Origin: a virus | Taxonomy: Duplodnaviria; Heunggongvirae; Uroviricota; Caudoviricetes | Reading direction: 5' to 3' (one strand) | IMG/VR virus record: IMGVR_UViG_3300025466_001444 | Length of the DNA stretch: 64,000 bases | Shown: positions 18,816 to 27,782 of the stretch, piece by piece | Layout: each line of letters opens with the position of its first letter | How positions within the stretch are numbered: position 1 is the stretch's first letter | Notes under the pieces: generated by a model | What the model saw: only the letters and a program-made list of their open reading frames with translations | Told to the model about the DNA's origin: nothing | Databases searched by the model: none | Made by a program: the position numbers and the translations under genes

Positions 18816-19277
18816 ATGGCTGACGAATCAAAAGCACCAAGTGAAGATTTTGTTACTTCGAAATGGAGACCCTTTATGGGTTGGACATATATGGCTATAT
18901 GTTCCTTTGATTTTATTTTTGGACCAATTATGAATGTAGTATTTTCCGTCATAACAAAAACACAATTAGTCCCATGGAAGTCACTCACACTTGATAATGG
19001 TGGTTTATTTCATCTTTCAATGGGTGCAGTTCTAGGTGTAGCTGCATATGGAAGAACACAAGAAAAAATTTCAAAGATTGATAATGGAATTCCATTACCG
19101 GGAACAGGAATGGCTTCATCTCCAATAGTATCTGAAACTACGATAACTGATACTTCAGTCAATGTAACTCCAATTCCATCTGCTCCCACACCAGTTTCCA
19201 CAGTAGTTGCTACTCCAGCACCTCAACCAGTTTCTACCCCAGTTGCTGTTTCATCAACACGTAAAAGATTTATTTAA
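18816..19277 (+). CDS. membrane protein with Pro/Thr/Val-rich C-terminal tail
   Basis: Two transmembrane segments, then PIPSAPTPVSTVVATPAPQPVSTPVAV. RBS GAGGAA upstream. A terminator follows. Confidence 0.55.
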   Translation: MADESKAPSEDFVTSKWRPFMGWTYMAICSFDFIFGPIMNVVFSVITKTQLVPWKSLTLDNGGLFHLSMGAVLGVAAYGRTQEKISKIDNGIPLPGTGMASSPIVSETTITDTSVNVTPIPSAPTPVSTVVATPAPQPVSTPVAVSSTRKRFI

Positions 19278-19283
19278 AATAAA

Positions 19284-19312
19284 TTGGGGCGGTTTATGCC
19301 GCCCCTTTTATA
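19284..19312. terminator. intrinsic terminator ggggcggtttatgccgcccc + T-run
   Basis: Perfect 7-bp G/C stem followed by ttttat. Confidence 0.65.
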
Positions 19313-19560
19313 TTGAAGTGTGAAAATACATTATCTTTATCAAAAGACTGAACGTCACGTACCCAATTCAGTGCATCTTTCTCAGTTGCAAAATGCAACC
19401 TATCTCTAATGGTTAGACCGTTTAAAGTTCCTTTGTTGAGTAACTTATCGAATTCAACAACATATCCGAAAGTCTTTTCTTTTAGGTCAGCCATTTTGCA
19501 GTCTCCATGTTTACGTAGTGTATTTATCAAAAAAGATGGTAGGGGATGTAGGACTCTCAC
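19294..19560 (-). CDS. hypothetical protein (88 aa)
   Basis: ORF. Confidence 0.4.
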   Translation of the reverse strand: MRVLHPLPSFLINTLRKHGDCKMADLKEKTFGYVVEFDKLLNKGTLNGLTIRDRLHFATEKDALNWVRDVQSFDKDNVFSHFNIKGAA

Positions 19561-19796
19561 CTACTTTAGCGCCGTTATGAGCGGCGAGCGTCGTTTACTT
19601 TCGCCTATCCCCCAAACTCTTTCTTTTTCCTCCACAACCTATTTAGAACGGAACAATAAAGTCTTCTCCAACTGAAATCAATCTCTCTAAATTATTTATT
19701 TCAGTCTTCAATCTTTCTACGTCTTCATCATTCCATTCTGCTTCACTCAACTCTTTTCGTTTGGCTTTGAGTACATCGTATGTACGGGGAAAAGGT

Positions 19797-20027
19797 TCAT
19801 TCATCTTCTGGCTCCGTATACTGAATCAAAGTTGCATTGCGTATTCTGTATCCACGATCATGCCAATCTTGAATCTTTCTTGAGATATCTGGGTCGTCAT
19901 ATGTGCTTTGACAATGACGAACCCATGCTTCCATAGCAGTAAGACCAAAGGTTTGATAGCTCATTCCCCACCATGCAGCTTTGCTTACTGGAGGTTTGAT
20001 CACAAACCCATAGGTCTCTTTTTTCAT
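19797..20027 (-). CDS. hypothetical protein (76 aa)
   Basis: ORF. Confidence 0.45.
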   Translation of the reverse strand: MKKETYGFVIKPPVSKAAWWGMSYQTFGLTAMEAWVRHCQSTYDDPDISRKIQDWHDRGYRIRNATLIQYTEPEDE

Positions 20028-20266
20028 TATACCATACCAATTGACTGCATATAAAGATCAAGAAGTGTCTCTTCTTCCTGACGCTGTTCCTTTGTCTTAC
20101 GACGAATTGAAATGATCTTACGGACAATCTTTGTTTCATAGCCAGCAGACTTCACTTCAGTGTAAATCTCTTTAATATCTTCAGAGATGGCTCGCTTGTC
20201 TTCATCTAGTCGCTCGATACGATCAATGTATGCAAGCAACTGATCCTTATTCCCATTGTCACTCAT
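20027..20266 (-). CDS. gapR: GapR/DUF2312-family nucleoid-associated protein homolog (start taken at internal Met; track ORF extends to 20356)
   Basis: LLAYIDRIERLDEDKRAISEDIKEIYTEVKSAGYETKIVRKIISIRRKTKEQRQEEETLLDLYMQSIG aligns along its length with Caulobacter GapR. Confidence 0.75.
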   Translation of the reverse strand: MSDNGNKDQLLAYIDRIERLDEDKRAISEDIKEIYTEVKSAGYETKIVRKIISIRRKTKEQRQEEETLLDLYMQSIGMV

Positions 20267-20324
20267 AATCAATATCCTTTTATTAAGAGAAAGTAGTGGG
20301 GGAGATTTCTCTCCCCCGTTTTTG

Positions 20325-21263
20325 TTAGGCGTCAGCAAACTCAACTGCCTTTTCAAGAGCTAGAACCTTGCGATTCCGATTAGGACCATACCATGCAGAC
20401 TGCAAACGAGTCTCAGGATTATGACCAAGAACATGGTCAGTGGTATAGGTTACGGCATTAAAAGCTTGCCACCATGAACCCTTACCAAATTCTGCTCCCG
20501 GTTGAGTATCCAAAACTTCCATGACCTGTGTAGCAGGACGAGAAAGAATCTTCTTATTCTCCTTAGACATAACAGGAAAAATGGTCTGAAGATACTCAGT
20601 AAGGTTTTCCTCATTGTACTGGCGAGAAGAAAGAAACTCAGCGGTTTCCTTATAGGTATCCATCTTGTTATGAGCGATGCCCAAAGTACGCCTTACCATA
20701 TCGGGATCAAAAGCACGACGATGGTTGAGCTTAACCATAAGGTCACTAGAAGTACCAAGAGCAAGAGTAAGAGTATTATTACAGACGACACGAATCGGAG
20801 TAAAGCGGATATCAATAGACTTGCCATACTCATGAGGATTACTAAACAGAAGATAAGAGTCAACACGGTCGCCTCCAAGAATCTCAAAGCTATCCTTCAC
20901 CTTCGCAAGAGCCCAAACGTTCTTGCCTTCACGAAGAGAACCAGCGGTATGCATTTCCATATCACCAGCCATCACGAAGTCATTGAAGAACTCAAAAGCC
21001 TCATGATTCTGAACAGGCTTCCAGTCAGAAGAAACCATAGTCAAAATCTTGTCGTCAGAAGAACGAACCAGAGCTTGAGTATCTGTTACAATCTTCTTGC
21101 CCTTACGGGTGATAAAAGTTGGAACTTTTTCGACTTCCCAGTCCAAACCAGCTTCCTTGAGCATCTGGTCTGGAGTCAGATCATGATGAACGCTTTTGCC
21201 AAGACCATGCCAAGGAGTTTCACCAGCGTATGCCATTGTTTCGACGATGTGTGCCATAATCAA
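20325..21263 (-). CDS. DUF932 (phage/plasmid-related TIGR03299-like) protein
   Basis: N-terminus MAHIVETMAYAGETPWHGLG is characteristic of DUF932. Confidence 0.65.
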   Translation of the reverse strand: MIMAHIVETMAYAGETPWHGLGKSVHHDLTPDQMLKEAGLDWEVEKVPTFITRKGKKIVTDTQALVRSSDDKILTMVSSDWKPVQNHEAFEFFNDFVMAGDMEMHTAGSLREGKNVWALAKVKDSFEILGGDRVDSYLLFSNPHEYGKSIDIRFTPIRVVCNNTLTLALGTSSDLMVKLNHRRAFDPDMVRRTLGIAHNKMDTYKETAEFLSSRQYNEENLTEYLQTIFPVMSKENKKILSRPATQVMEVLDTQPGAEFGKGSWWQAFNAVTYTTDHVLGHNPETRLQSAWYGPNRNRKVLALEKAVEFADA

Positions 21264-21355
21264 GTTCCTTTCAGCTCATGAGTCCATCGACTCAACATAA
21301 TCATATTACTCTAGGAGGATTGTGGAGTCAAGCGTTTTTTTAAATATTTTTACTC

Positions 21356-21937
21356 TCAACTGCCATCATCATCTTCTTTTTCTTCCTGATACGCCTCAAT
21401 ATGCATTTCATAATCATCTTCTAGGTTAAATTGCTCAATAAGGTGATCAGGAATATCATCACGCCAATCATCATCTTCAAAATCAACATTGTAACAATTA
21501 TCTCCATCTTCGCTGGTATATTCACCGACAAAAGATAAACCTTCTTCACGATACTGAAGCTCGACAATAAAACCAAGTTCTGTGAGTGCTTCCATGGCTG
21601 TCACAGGCGGCGACCATGCGGATTGGAACCATCCTGTAGCGGATTTGGTCTCAGGATCATATTCCAGTTCGCCATCCGCAATTTCCCACTTTGTCCCCCA
21701 ATTTTCGATGCGCCATGAGTACCAACTTGCATGACCAAACTTTTCGATGTTCGCAGCTTCCTGAGCTTCACGGCGAGAATTAAACCCATCGCCAATAGAA
21801 ACTTCAACAAGAAGTTCTGGAGGACAAGGAACAAACTCATTCAAGAAATTTCCATCCTTAAATGCCTTATCAAGACGCTCCATCATTGCAGAGTCTTCAT
21901 GTGAAATAGAAATTGAATTATCGCACCAGTTAGGCAT
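21356..21937 (-). CDS. hypothetical acidic protein with N-terminal MPNWC motif (DUF1281-like)
   Basis: MPNWCDNSISI start and an acidic C-terminus. Confidence 0.45.
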   Translation of the reverse strand: MPNWCDNSISISHEDSAMMERLDKAFKDGNFLNEFVPCPPELLVEVSIGDGFNSRREAQEAANIEKFGHASWYSWRIENWGTKWEIADGELEYDPETKSATGWFQSAWSPPVTAMEALTELGFIVELQYREEGLSFVGEYTSEDGDNCYNVDFEDDDWRDDIPDHLIEQFNLEDDYEMHIEAYQEEKEDDDGS

Positions 21938-21948
21938 AGTTTCTCTCC

Positions 21949-22182
21949 TCAGTTGGTATATTTGAAGTAACAGTCAACAATATCCTTGATCTGTTGATCT
22001 GCATCAGTGTAGTATTCTTCGTCCATAATTGCAAGAAGAATTTCTTCATAATCATCTGTCGAAAGATGATTCTTCAAGACCTTTAGATACTTTTCCCCTG
22101 TATCTGTACGTTTCACTTCTTCTTCAAGTGGATCGACAGAAAATTCTACAATCTTTGGAAATGTAATAACATTGTTCATCAT
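21949..22182 (-). CDS. hypothetical protein (77 aa)
   Basis: ORF. Confidence 0.4.
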   Translation of the reverse strand: MMNNVITFPKIVEFSVDPLEEEVKRTDTGEKYLKVLKNHLSTDDYEEILLAIMDEEYYTDADQQIKDIVDCYFKYTN

Positions 22183-22649
22183 TCAGCTCCTGATTCACGA
22201 TAAACATATTCGATTGTTGGTATGTACGGAAACTCGATGTAAACTCGACTATCTCTGCTAGTGTAATGGGATTTATGTTGTACGCCATCTCCGTCAGTAT
22301 ACCAATCCCAAAATACTTTACCTTCACCATCATATGCTCGACCATCAGCATCTTTGAACACATGACCGCAGCGTTTATTCTGATACTTCATATCACCATT
22401 ATAATCAAGTTCATTCCATTCCCAATCTTCACCAGTCAACGGAACGATTGGCTTGTACATCGCAAGCTTGCTGAACATATCAATTGTGTATGGAGCGGTT
22501 GTACCAGAATGTCCTTCATTATCGAATACCTTCAGTAGATCAAGGACGTGATTGCAAATCATTTCCTGCATTTCATCATTGAACTTACCGTTCTCGTCAA
22601 CCCATCCAGCTGCACGAAACTCTGTCATTGCGTGTGTAGCATAACTCAT
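22179..22649 (-). CDS. hypothetical protein (156 aa)
   Basis: ORF overlapping its neighbours by ATGA. Confidence 0.45.
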   Translation of the reverse strand: MSYATHAMTEFRAAGWVDENGKFNDEMQEMICNHVLDLLKVFDNEGHSGTTAPYTIDMFSKLAMYKPIVPLTGEDWEWNELDYNGDMKYQNKRCGHVFKDADGRAYDGEGKVFWDWYTDGDGVQHKSHYTSRDSRVYIEFPYIPTIEYVYRESGAE

Positions 22650-22855
22650 TGCTCAAACTCCAGATTAAAGTGTTTAGCCAATTTGGCGTAACCGTTTCGG
22701 CTTGAACCAACAACATCCATACATTCTTGTATGATCAACTCAGCAAAATCTTGAAGCTCAACATCAATTGAATCAAAAGCATCAGGTGAGAAAACCTTAT
22801 CATTTTCAACAAGAAAGTAAGCTTCTTTGGCAAGCTCTTTGATTCTTTCGTTCAT
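22646..22855 (-). CDS. MNER-family small protein, paralog 1
   Basis: MNERIKELAKEA...FAELIIQECMDV shared with three other ORFs. Conserved upstream DNA. Confidence 0.55.
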   Translation of the reverse strand: MNERIKELAKEAYFLVENDKVFSPDAFDSIDVELQDFAELIIQECMDVVGSSRNGYAKLAKHFNLEFEQ

Positions 22856-22970
22856 ACTTCAACTCCTGATTCACGATAAACATATTCTCGATTTGGGGTG
22901 TAGGGAAAATCGATAAAGAACACAAAGGCAATGGTAAGTATAAGGTTCACAGTCAGTCTGATGAAGTATC

Positions 22971-23198
22971 TCATAGTTCAATCCCAAATCGTTCCTTGAT
23001 TATACGGATAGACTCGTCATCATTAGCACAACGCATTTTACCATTTGAAGTATCATGTGTTTGTTCACAAACATCGATACATTCTCTGATGATCAATGCA
23101 GCAAACTCTACAGTTTGTCTAGTCGGCATATCACAACCACAACTACACATTTCCAATCCAGCCTGTTTAGTAAGCTCTTTGAACCGCTCGTTCATCAC
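22971..23198 (-). CDS. MNER-family small protein, paralog 2
   Basis: MNERFKELTKQAGL...FAALIIRECIDV. Confidence 0.55.
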   Translation of the reverse strand: MMNERFKELTKQAGLEMCSCGCDMPTRQTVEFAALIIRECIDVCEQTHDTSNGKMRCANDDESIRIIKERFGIEL

Positions 23199-23417
23199 TC
23201 AACTCCAACGATTGATCTTAAACTTGCCAAGATGCTTATTGTATCTGGCACAGGCGACAAAATTTCCAAACTTAAAAACGAAGCCTACCTGATTGCTGCC
23301 CTTGGGATAGAAATTAAATCCTGTTTGGACACCTTCACCCTCTTCTCTAATGTGTATCATTACTCTGTTTCCTCTAAAATAGCATAGACGATAGGAATAA
23401 TTTTGAGATACTTCCAT
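23199..23417 (-). CDS. hypothetical protein (72 aa)
   Basis: Fills the gap between the paralogs. Confidence 0.35.
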   Translation of the reverse strand: MEVSQNYSYRLCYFRGNRVMIHIREEGEGVQTGFNFYPKGSNQVGFVFKFGNFVACARYNKHLGKFKINRWS

Positions 23418-23496
23418 CGAAGTGGTTCTTCAAAAAGAATGACAGGAGGTGCCCATTCATCATCATCTTCTTTATAACAAATCCAAGCAAGCTTCA

Positions 23497-23739
23497 TCAT
23501 TCAACTCCAAAGTGATATTTGATAGCGTCATCAGCAAAATCAGCTGCTTCGCCATCATTCCCATACTCGTAGTAACCAACAAGACCGATGCATTCCTCAA
23601 GGATCAACTTAGCAAACTTTTCCAAGTCTTCCTTGATGAATGGCTTATCAGGAGTCATGATATAAGCCAAACCAGCTTCTTTAGCGAAGTTTTCCAAACG
23701 CTCGTTCATCACACCACCTTGTATCCATGTTTGTTGCAT
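23497..23739 (-). CDS. MNER-family small protein, paralog 3
   Basis: MNERLENFAKEAGL...FAKLILEECIGLV. Confidence 0.55.
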   Translation of the reverse strand: MQQTWIQGGVMNERLENFAKEAGLAYIMTPDKPFIKEDLEKFAKLILEECIGLVGYYEYGNDGEAADFADDAIKYHFGVE

Positions 23740-23930
23740 TTAGGACAAACAACTGTTTGCTGTGGAGGATACGAAGTAAGCATCACATGCGGATTATCCA
23801 GGTACATTTCAGTATCGCAATCGTCACACTTTACGCCAGCAGAAAATCGCTGAGGTGGCGTACCATAACCATTGTAGGCAAATACCAGACTATGCTCTTT
23901 GTTGTGTTCACTCAGTTTCTTCATCACCAA
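23709..23930 (-). CDS. zinc-ribbon protein (CxxC...CxxC)
   Basis: CDDCDTEMY...CPKCNKHGY. Confidence 0.45.
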   Translation of the reverse strand: MVMKKLSEHNKEHSLVFAYNGYGTPPQRFSAGVKCDDCDTEMYLDNPHVMLTSYPPQQTVVCPKCNKHGYKVV

Positions 23931-23997
23931 CTCCTCATCATTTAAGTATTATAACCTACTTCTGATAAGAAGTCAAGCTATCACATACTTCATCATA

Positions 23998-24072
23998 ACA
24001 AAAACCTTTCAATTAACGACAAACTGTTTCCCACAGCTTTGTCAGCAAGCTCTTTGATTCGCTCGTTCATCA
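23998..24072 (-). pseudogene. truncated MNER-family paralog (about 25 codons)
   Basis: Reverse-complement reads MNERIKELADKAVGNSLSLIERFLL* and then stops. Confidence 0.45.
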
Positions 24073-24279
24073 TTCAACTCTAAAATATTGTTTAATATTC
24101 CTAGCAATAATAGCACCCATATCATCATCACGATGGCTATTCTTTAAAGATACTTGCTCACATTCCTTAATGATCAATTTGGCGAACTTCTCAACTGGAT
24201 GAGGAGACTGAGTGATGAATGAGCGTATTCGAGAACTTGCTGAACAGGCTGGTCTACATTTAGACGAGAATGGCGACAT
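24070..24279 (-). pseudogene. MNER-family paralog with rearranged N-terminus (C-terminal half conserved)
   Basis: C-terminal VEKFAKLIIKECEQV...KQYFRVE matches the family. The N-terminus is unrelated, and a plus-strand fragment MNERIRELAEQAGL at 24215..24313 indicates a local inversion. Confidence 0.45.
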
Positions 24280-24442
24280 TATCTGGAGTAAAACCAGATA
24301 TAACGGCGAATAGGATAGTGTTTGTCTTCATACGCAAAGATCAGATCGACCAGTTTGGTAAGGACGGTTGCGGCGGGTCCTTCAGCAGAATCGAAGATCA
24401 GATCCACGCATTCTAAGAGGACTTTATAGGTTGCTTCGTCCA

Positions 24443-24634
24443 TCACTTTGCCTTGGGTTCGAGTTTAGCAACGGTACGGATGAGGAAGTTGGCAGCCTTG
24501 GAGTCAACAAGCGCCACACTCAGTAGTGTATCAGCACTAACATGGACCCTGCGGCTAATCTCGTCCAATACGCAGATGAGCGTGTAGCCATCAACAGCAG
24601 GATGCTTACCTAAAAACTGGGCGACCTTTGACAT
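24443..24634 (-). CDS. hypothetical protein (63 aa)
   Basis: ORF. Confidence 0.35.
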   Translation of the reverse strand: MSKVAQFLGKHPAVDGYTLICVLDEISRRVHVSADTLLSVALVDSKAANFLIRTVAKLEPKAK

Positions 24635-24689
24635 CGTATACCTCGTTTGCTAGTGTCTATAATACATAATAGCACATCACAGTGGATTG

Positions 24690-24902
24690 TCAAGTCTGCT
24701 TCTTAGCCAGTTTCAACATGTCGATATGGACTGCGATAGCCTCTGCGCTCTGGCTTCCGTAGAGCCATTCTGTACCATCACAGATAGCGTATTCTTTAGT
24801 ACCGTTCTCTTGGGTAACGACATAGCAGCGGATATCTGGAAACCCTTTGCGTTTAGCATAGGTTTCAATAGTGCGGCACATATCGGTCTTAGCGTATTCC
24901 AT
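24690..24902 (-). CDS. hypothetical protein (70 aa)
   Basis: ORF. Confidence 0.4.
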   Translation of the reverse strand: MEYAKTDMCRTIETYAKRKGFPDIRCYVVTQENGTKEYAICDGTEWLYGSQSAEAIAVHIDMLKLAKKQT

Positions 24903-25177
24903 TACGCAACCTCCTTATCACGGAAGTTAACACGGAACTTCATCATCTTCAAGTTATCTTCTGTGCCGCAAATCTCGACACGCTTGTAGGCATACATGTC
25001 CATGTACTGGATCGTGACCCAAGGAACGATGGTGTTAGCAGCATTGAGCGCCAGACGCATATCAACAATCTCACCACGGATCAGACCAGCTGCGCTGGTG
25101 TAGCGAACACGATCACCAAGCTTCACGCCACCAACCTTGTCCACGTTGTAAGAATTCGTATCCATGACTCTCTCCAT
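24902..25177 (-). CDS. hypothetical protein (91 aa)
   Basis: ORF preceded by the conserved upstream element. Confidence 0.45.
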   Translation of the reverse strand: MERVMDTNSYNVDKVGGVKLGDRVRYTSAAGLIRGEIVDMRLALNAANTIVPWVTIQYMDMYAYKRVEICGTEDNLKMMKFRVNFRDKEVA

Positions 25178-25214
25178 CAGTTGATGATTGATATTAGCAT
25201 ATCCTCAGAGGGTG

Positions 25215-25541
25215 TCAAGCGGCTTTTTTAGCCGCTTCCTCAGAAAGTTGCTTCCAGTACTTCACGATACGGGCGGTTCCACGAACATCCTTGCGGAGCC
25301 ACTGGTTAACTTGCCATTCCAGCAGGGTGCCATTCTTGATGAAATATTTGGCGGTGATAGAACCCTGACGAGCATCAGCCTGAGTGAAACCACGGTTATT
25401 GCTCTCAACAGCGGCATTCATAGCCTTTTCATCCTCAGTTTGGCGACGAAAGAGGGCAACACAAGCCCTCCCAACGATACGAGCCAGCTTTTCCTGATCA
25501 GCGGTGTCGATCATGGTGACAAGAGAGGACTTGGTGAGCAT
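25215..25541 (-). CDS. hypothetical protein (108 aa)
   Basis: ORF preceded by the conserved upstream element. Confidence 0.45.
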   Translation of the reverse strand: MLTKSSLVTMIDTADQEKLARIVGRACVALFRRQTEDEKAMNAAVESNNRGFTQADARQGSITAKYFIKNGTLLEWQVNQWLRKDVRGTARIVKYWKQLSEEAAKKAA

Positions 25542-25579
25542 GTGGTGTCTCCATCAGTTGATGATTGATATTAGGCAAT

Positions 25580-25852
25580 CTAGCAGTAGATGTCAACTGT
25601 TTTTGGCTTAGAAACGAAATTATTTTCACATTCTTTGGGAAATTTCACCCACATTTCTCTGAGCATGATCTGAATGGTATCCGCAGCACCGGGAACCTCA
25701 AGGATTTCAGCGAGATAGATCAGTTCGTTGATGTAGTCAAAGATTTTCCAATGATTACGCATGTTTCTCTCTCCCTCAGATGTAGTAGAAAGTGCTGCCA
25801 GCCTTGAGAATGCGGCTGTAAGCAAAGCGAACCTCACGCTCAAACTCCTCAT
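25580..25852 (-). CDS. hypothetical protein (90 aa)
   Basis: ORF. Confidence 0.4.
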   Translation of the reverse strand: MRSLSVRFALLTAAFSRLAALSTTSEGERNMRNHWKIFDYINELIYLAEILEVPGAADTIQIMLREMWVKFPKECENNFVSKPKTVDIYC

Positions 25853-26008
25853 TCGTACATTCAGAGAAGTCTATAACCATACGTTCGTAAACCTTAAACG
25901 CCATGTCTTCATCACAACCCAGAACTTTTTCGATTTCGCTAATCCAAAGCATGTCCATATCTCCGTTGTTGATGACCCTTTATAGGACATCTGAAACAAC
26001 GTGTCAAC

Positions 26009-26045
26009 AAAAAAATAGCCCCCGAAGGAGCTATTTTAAATAATT
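26009..26045. terminator. intrinsic terminator downstream of regA (atagcccccgaaggagctat with flanking A/T runs)
   Basis: Imperfect G/C hairpin with A-runs on both sides. Confidence 0.5.
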
Positions 26046-26051
26046 TTTTTA

Positions 26052-26456
26052 TTAATATTTGTTACCAATTGTGTATTTTGTAACCAAATTCCATTTATTT
26101 TTTTCTTTAAAAGGAATGATCTTGATCTGGTTGAGAGGAGACTGCAAATTATCAACCTTATCTGGATCAACAATATCAAGCAATTCCCATTCTTCTAAAA
26201 GTGTAACAATCCTATTGCGTCTGGCAATATCACCTTCTGCCAAAGTAGAATCTTTTCCATCTAATAAAAATAATTCTTTAAAATGGACTATGTAATATTT
26301 GCCCTGTTTATGAAGAATGTGGCAAGATTGATATAAAGTATTTTCTTTTTTTGATGCTAGACCAATACGAGAAAGTGTTTCTTTAATTTTTAAGAAATCT
26401 TCTGGATTTTTTAATCTAATTTCCACCAATTGATTGAGATTGAACATTATTGCCAC
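26052..26456 (-). CDS. regA: RegA translational repressor
   Basis: LKNPEDFLKIKETLSRIG matches the T4 RegA N-terminus. Directly upstream of gene 62 as in T4. Confidence 0.8.
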   Translation of the reverse strand: MAIMFNLNQLVEIRLKNPEDFLKIKETLSRIGLASKKENTLYQSCHILHKQGKYYIVHFKELFLLDGKDSTLAEGDIARRNRIVTLLEEWELLDIVDPDKVDNLQSPLNQIKIIPFKEKNKWNLVTKYTIGNKY

Positions 26457-26835
26457 CTTTTATTAATTTTATTTTTATAAGGGTCAGTTGCTCATCAGTC
26501 AATATATTATTAATCTCACGAGCCCTTGCATAGTTTACATTATAATATTCCATGATGGCTTCAATCTTGTCGTCTTCTTCTTTTTTATGCCACTTAGAAT
26601 ACCTTTTTCCTTTTCGTATACTATTTAGGTAATAATCATTTTGAAGTTTGTTATCGATATTGGAATACATATTAATTTCATTAGCATACATAACAGTATC
26701 TTTAAAATAAGAAAAAGCCTTATTAATTGGATAAGGCTTATAAAAGGTTTCGGCTAGATCGGGATTTTCAGAATCCCTGATCAAGTCTTGTTTGGTGGTA
26801 TTGATTGCGTTTACAAATTCAAAAGGACTCATCAT
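26416..26835 (-). CDS. 62: clamp loader small subunit (gp62-like)
   Basis: Position between gp44 and regA. 139 aa. Confidence 0.65.
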   Translation of the reverse strand: MMSPFEFVNAINTTKQDLIRDSENPDLAETFYKPYPINKAFSYFKDTVMYANEINMYSNIDNKLQNDYYLNSIRKGKRYSKWHKKEEDDKIEAIMEYYNVNYARAREINNILTDEQLTLIKIKLIKGGNNVQSQSIGGN

Positions 26836-27770
26836 TCAAACTCAATATCAATCATAATACGTGTAAATGCAGCAACCAAATTAATCTCAGCATCCGCCAC
26901 AAATGCAGCTTTATACTGATACTCAGCTAAGATCAATACCAACTCTGGAATTGAATTTGATTTTACTACATCATTTGCCATATCATAAAGCTTACGAAAA
27001 ATTGTAGTCGTATCAGTATCAGAATTCTCTGCTACCCACTTACGCATTTCCGCAAAGTTTTTATTCTTTAAATGATCAATTAAATTTTTAAAATTAGATT
27101 TGTCGAGATTGACAAAAATACCAGTATCAACAGACCCATTGACCGAATACCTCTGAAGTTCATTGATGACTCGTCGCCAATCAGGTACATGCTTAGAGAT
27201 AAGTTCAGCAACAACAGACTTGTCAAAAGAAATTCGTTCAGAATTAAGAACATTAATAATCCTTTTCATAAATTGAGAAGCAAGTTTTGGAAGATCATCC
27301 TTCGTGATCTTAAACTCTATGACAGAGCACCTAGAATGCAGCGGTTCAATAATTCTGTTTTTAAAGTTACAGGTGAGAATGAAACCACAATTTCTGGAGA
27401 ACTCTTCCATAAAATTTCGTAAGGCTGGCTGGGTGGAATTTGCATTGAGGTAATCCGCCTCGTCAAGAATGACGTACTTGCGTCTACCTGTGAAAGAGAC
27501 TGCCGATGCAAAATTGAGAATTTCAGTTCGGAGAGTATCGATGTTTCCATTCATTGATCCATTAATTACAATATAGTCAGCATCAATCTGATCAAGCATA
27601 GCACGAGCAACCGTTGTTTTACCAACGCCTGCAGAGCCAGACAAAATTAGATTAGGTATATCATTTTGTGCGACGAAAGACCTGAAAGTCTCTTTGAGAC
27701 CTTCAGGCAAAATGCATTCATCGATAGTCTTGGGACGATAACGCTCTACCCAGAGAAATTCATCAAGCAT
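26832..27770 (-). CDS. 44: clamp loader large subunit (gp44, AAA+)
   Basis: Walker A LILSGSAGVGKTT and Walker B ILDEAD. 312 aa. Confidence 0.85.
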   Translation of the reverse strand: MLDEFLWVERYRPKTIDECILPEGLKETFRSFVAQNDIPNLILSGSAGVGKTTVARAMLDQIDADYIVINGSMNGNIDTLRTEILNFASAVSFTGRRKYVILDEADYLNANSTQPALRNFMEEFSRNCGFILTCNFKNRIIEPLHSRCSVIEFKITKDDLPKLASQFMKRIINVLNSERISFDKSVVAELISKHVPDWRRVINELQRYSVNGSVDTGIFVNLDKSNFKNLIDHLKNKNFAEMRKWVAENSDTDTTTIFRKLYDMANDVVKSNSIPELVLILAEYQYKAAFVADAEINLVAAFTRIMIDIEFE

Positions 27771-27782
27771 TTGTTTTTCCTA

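Noticed and set aside
20502-21281. 259-aa plus-strand ORF
   Set aside because: Lies entirely antisense within the DUF932 gene (20325..21263). Low-complexity translation, no RBS, so likely spurious.
21601-21840. 79-aa minus-strand ORF
   Set aside because: Nested in another frame of the 21356..21937 gene.
25776-25958. 60-aa ORF
   Set aside because: Overlaps 25580..25852 by about 77 nt. The minimal-length ORF may instead be 5' leader. Unresolved.
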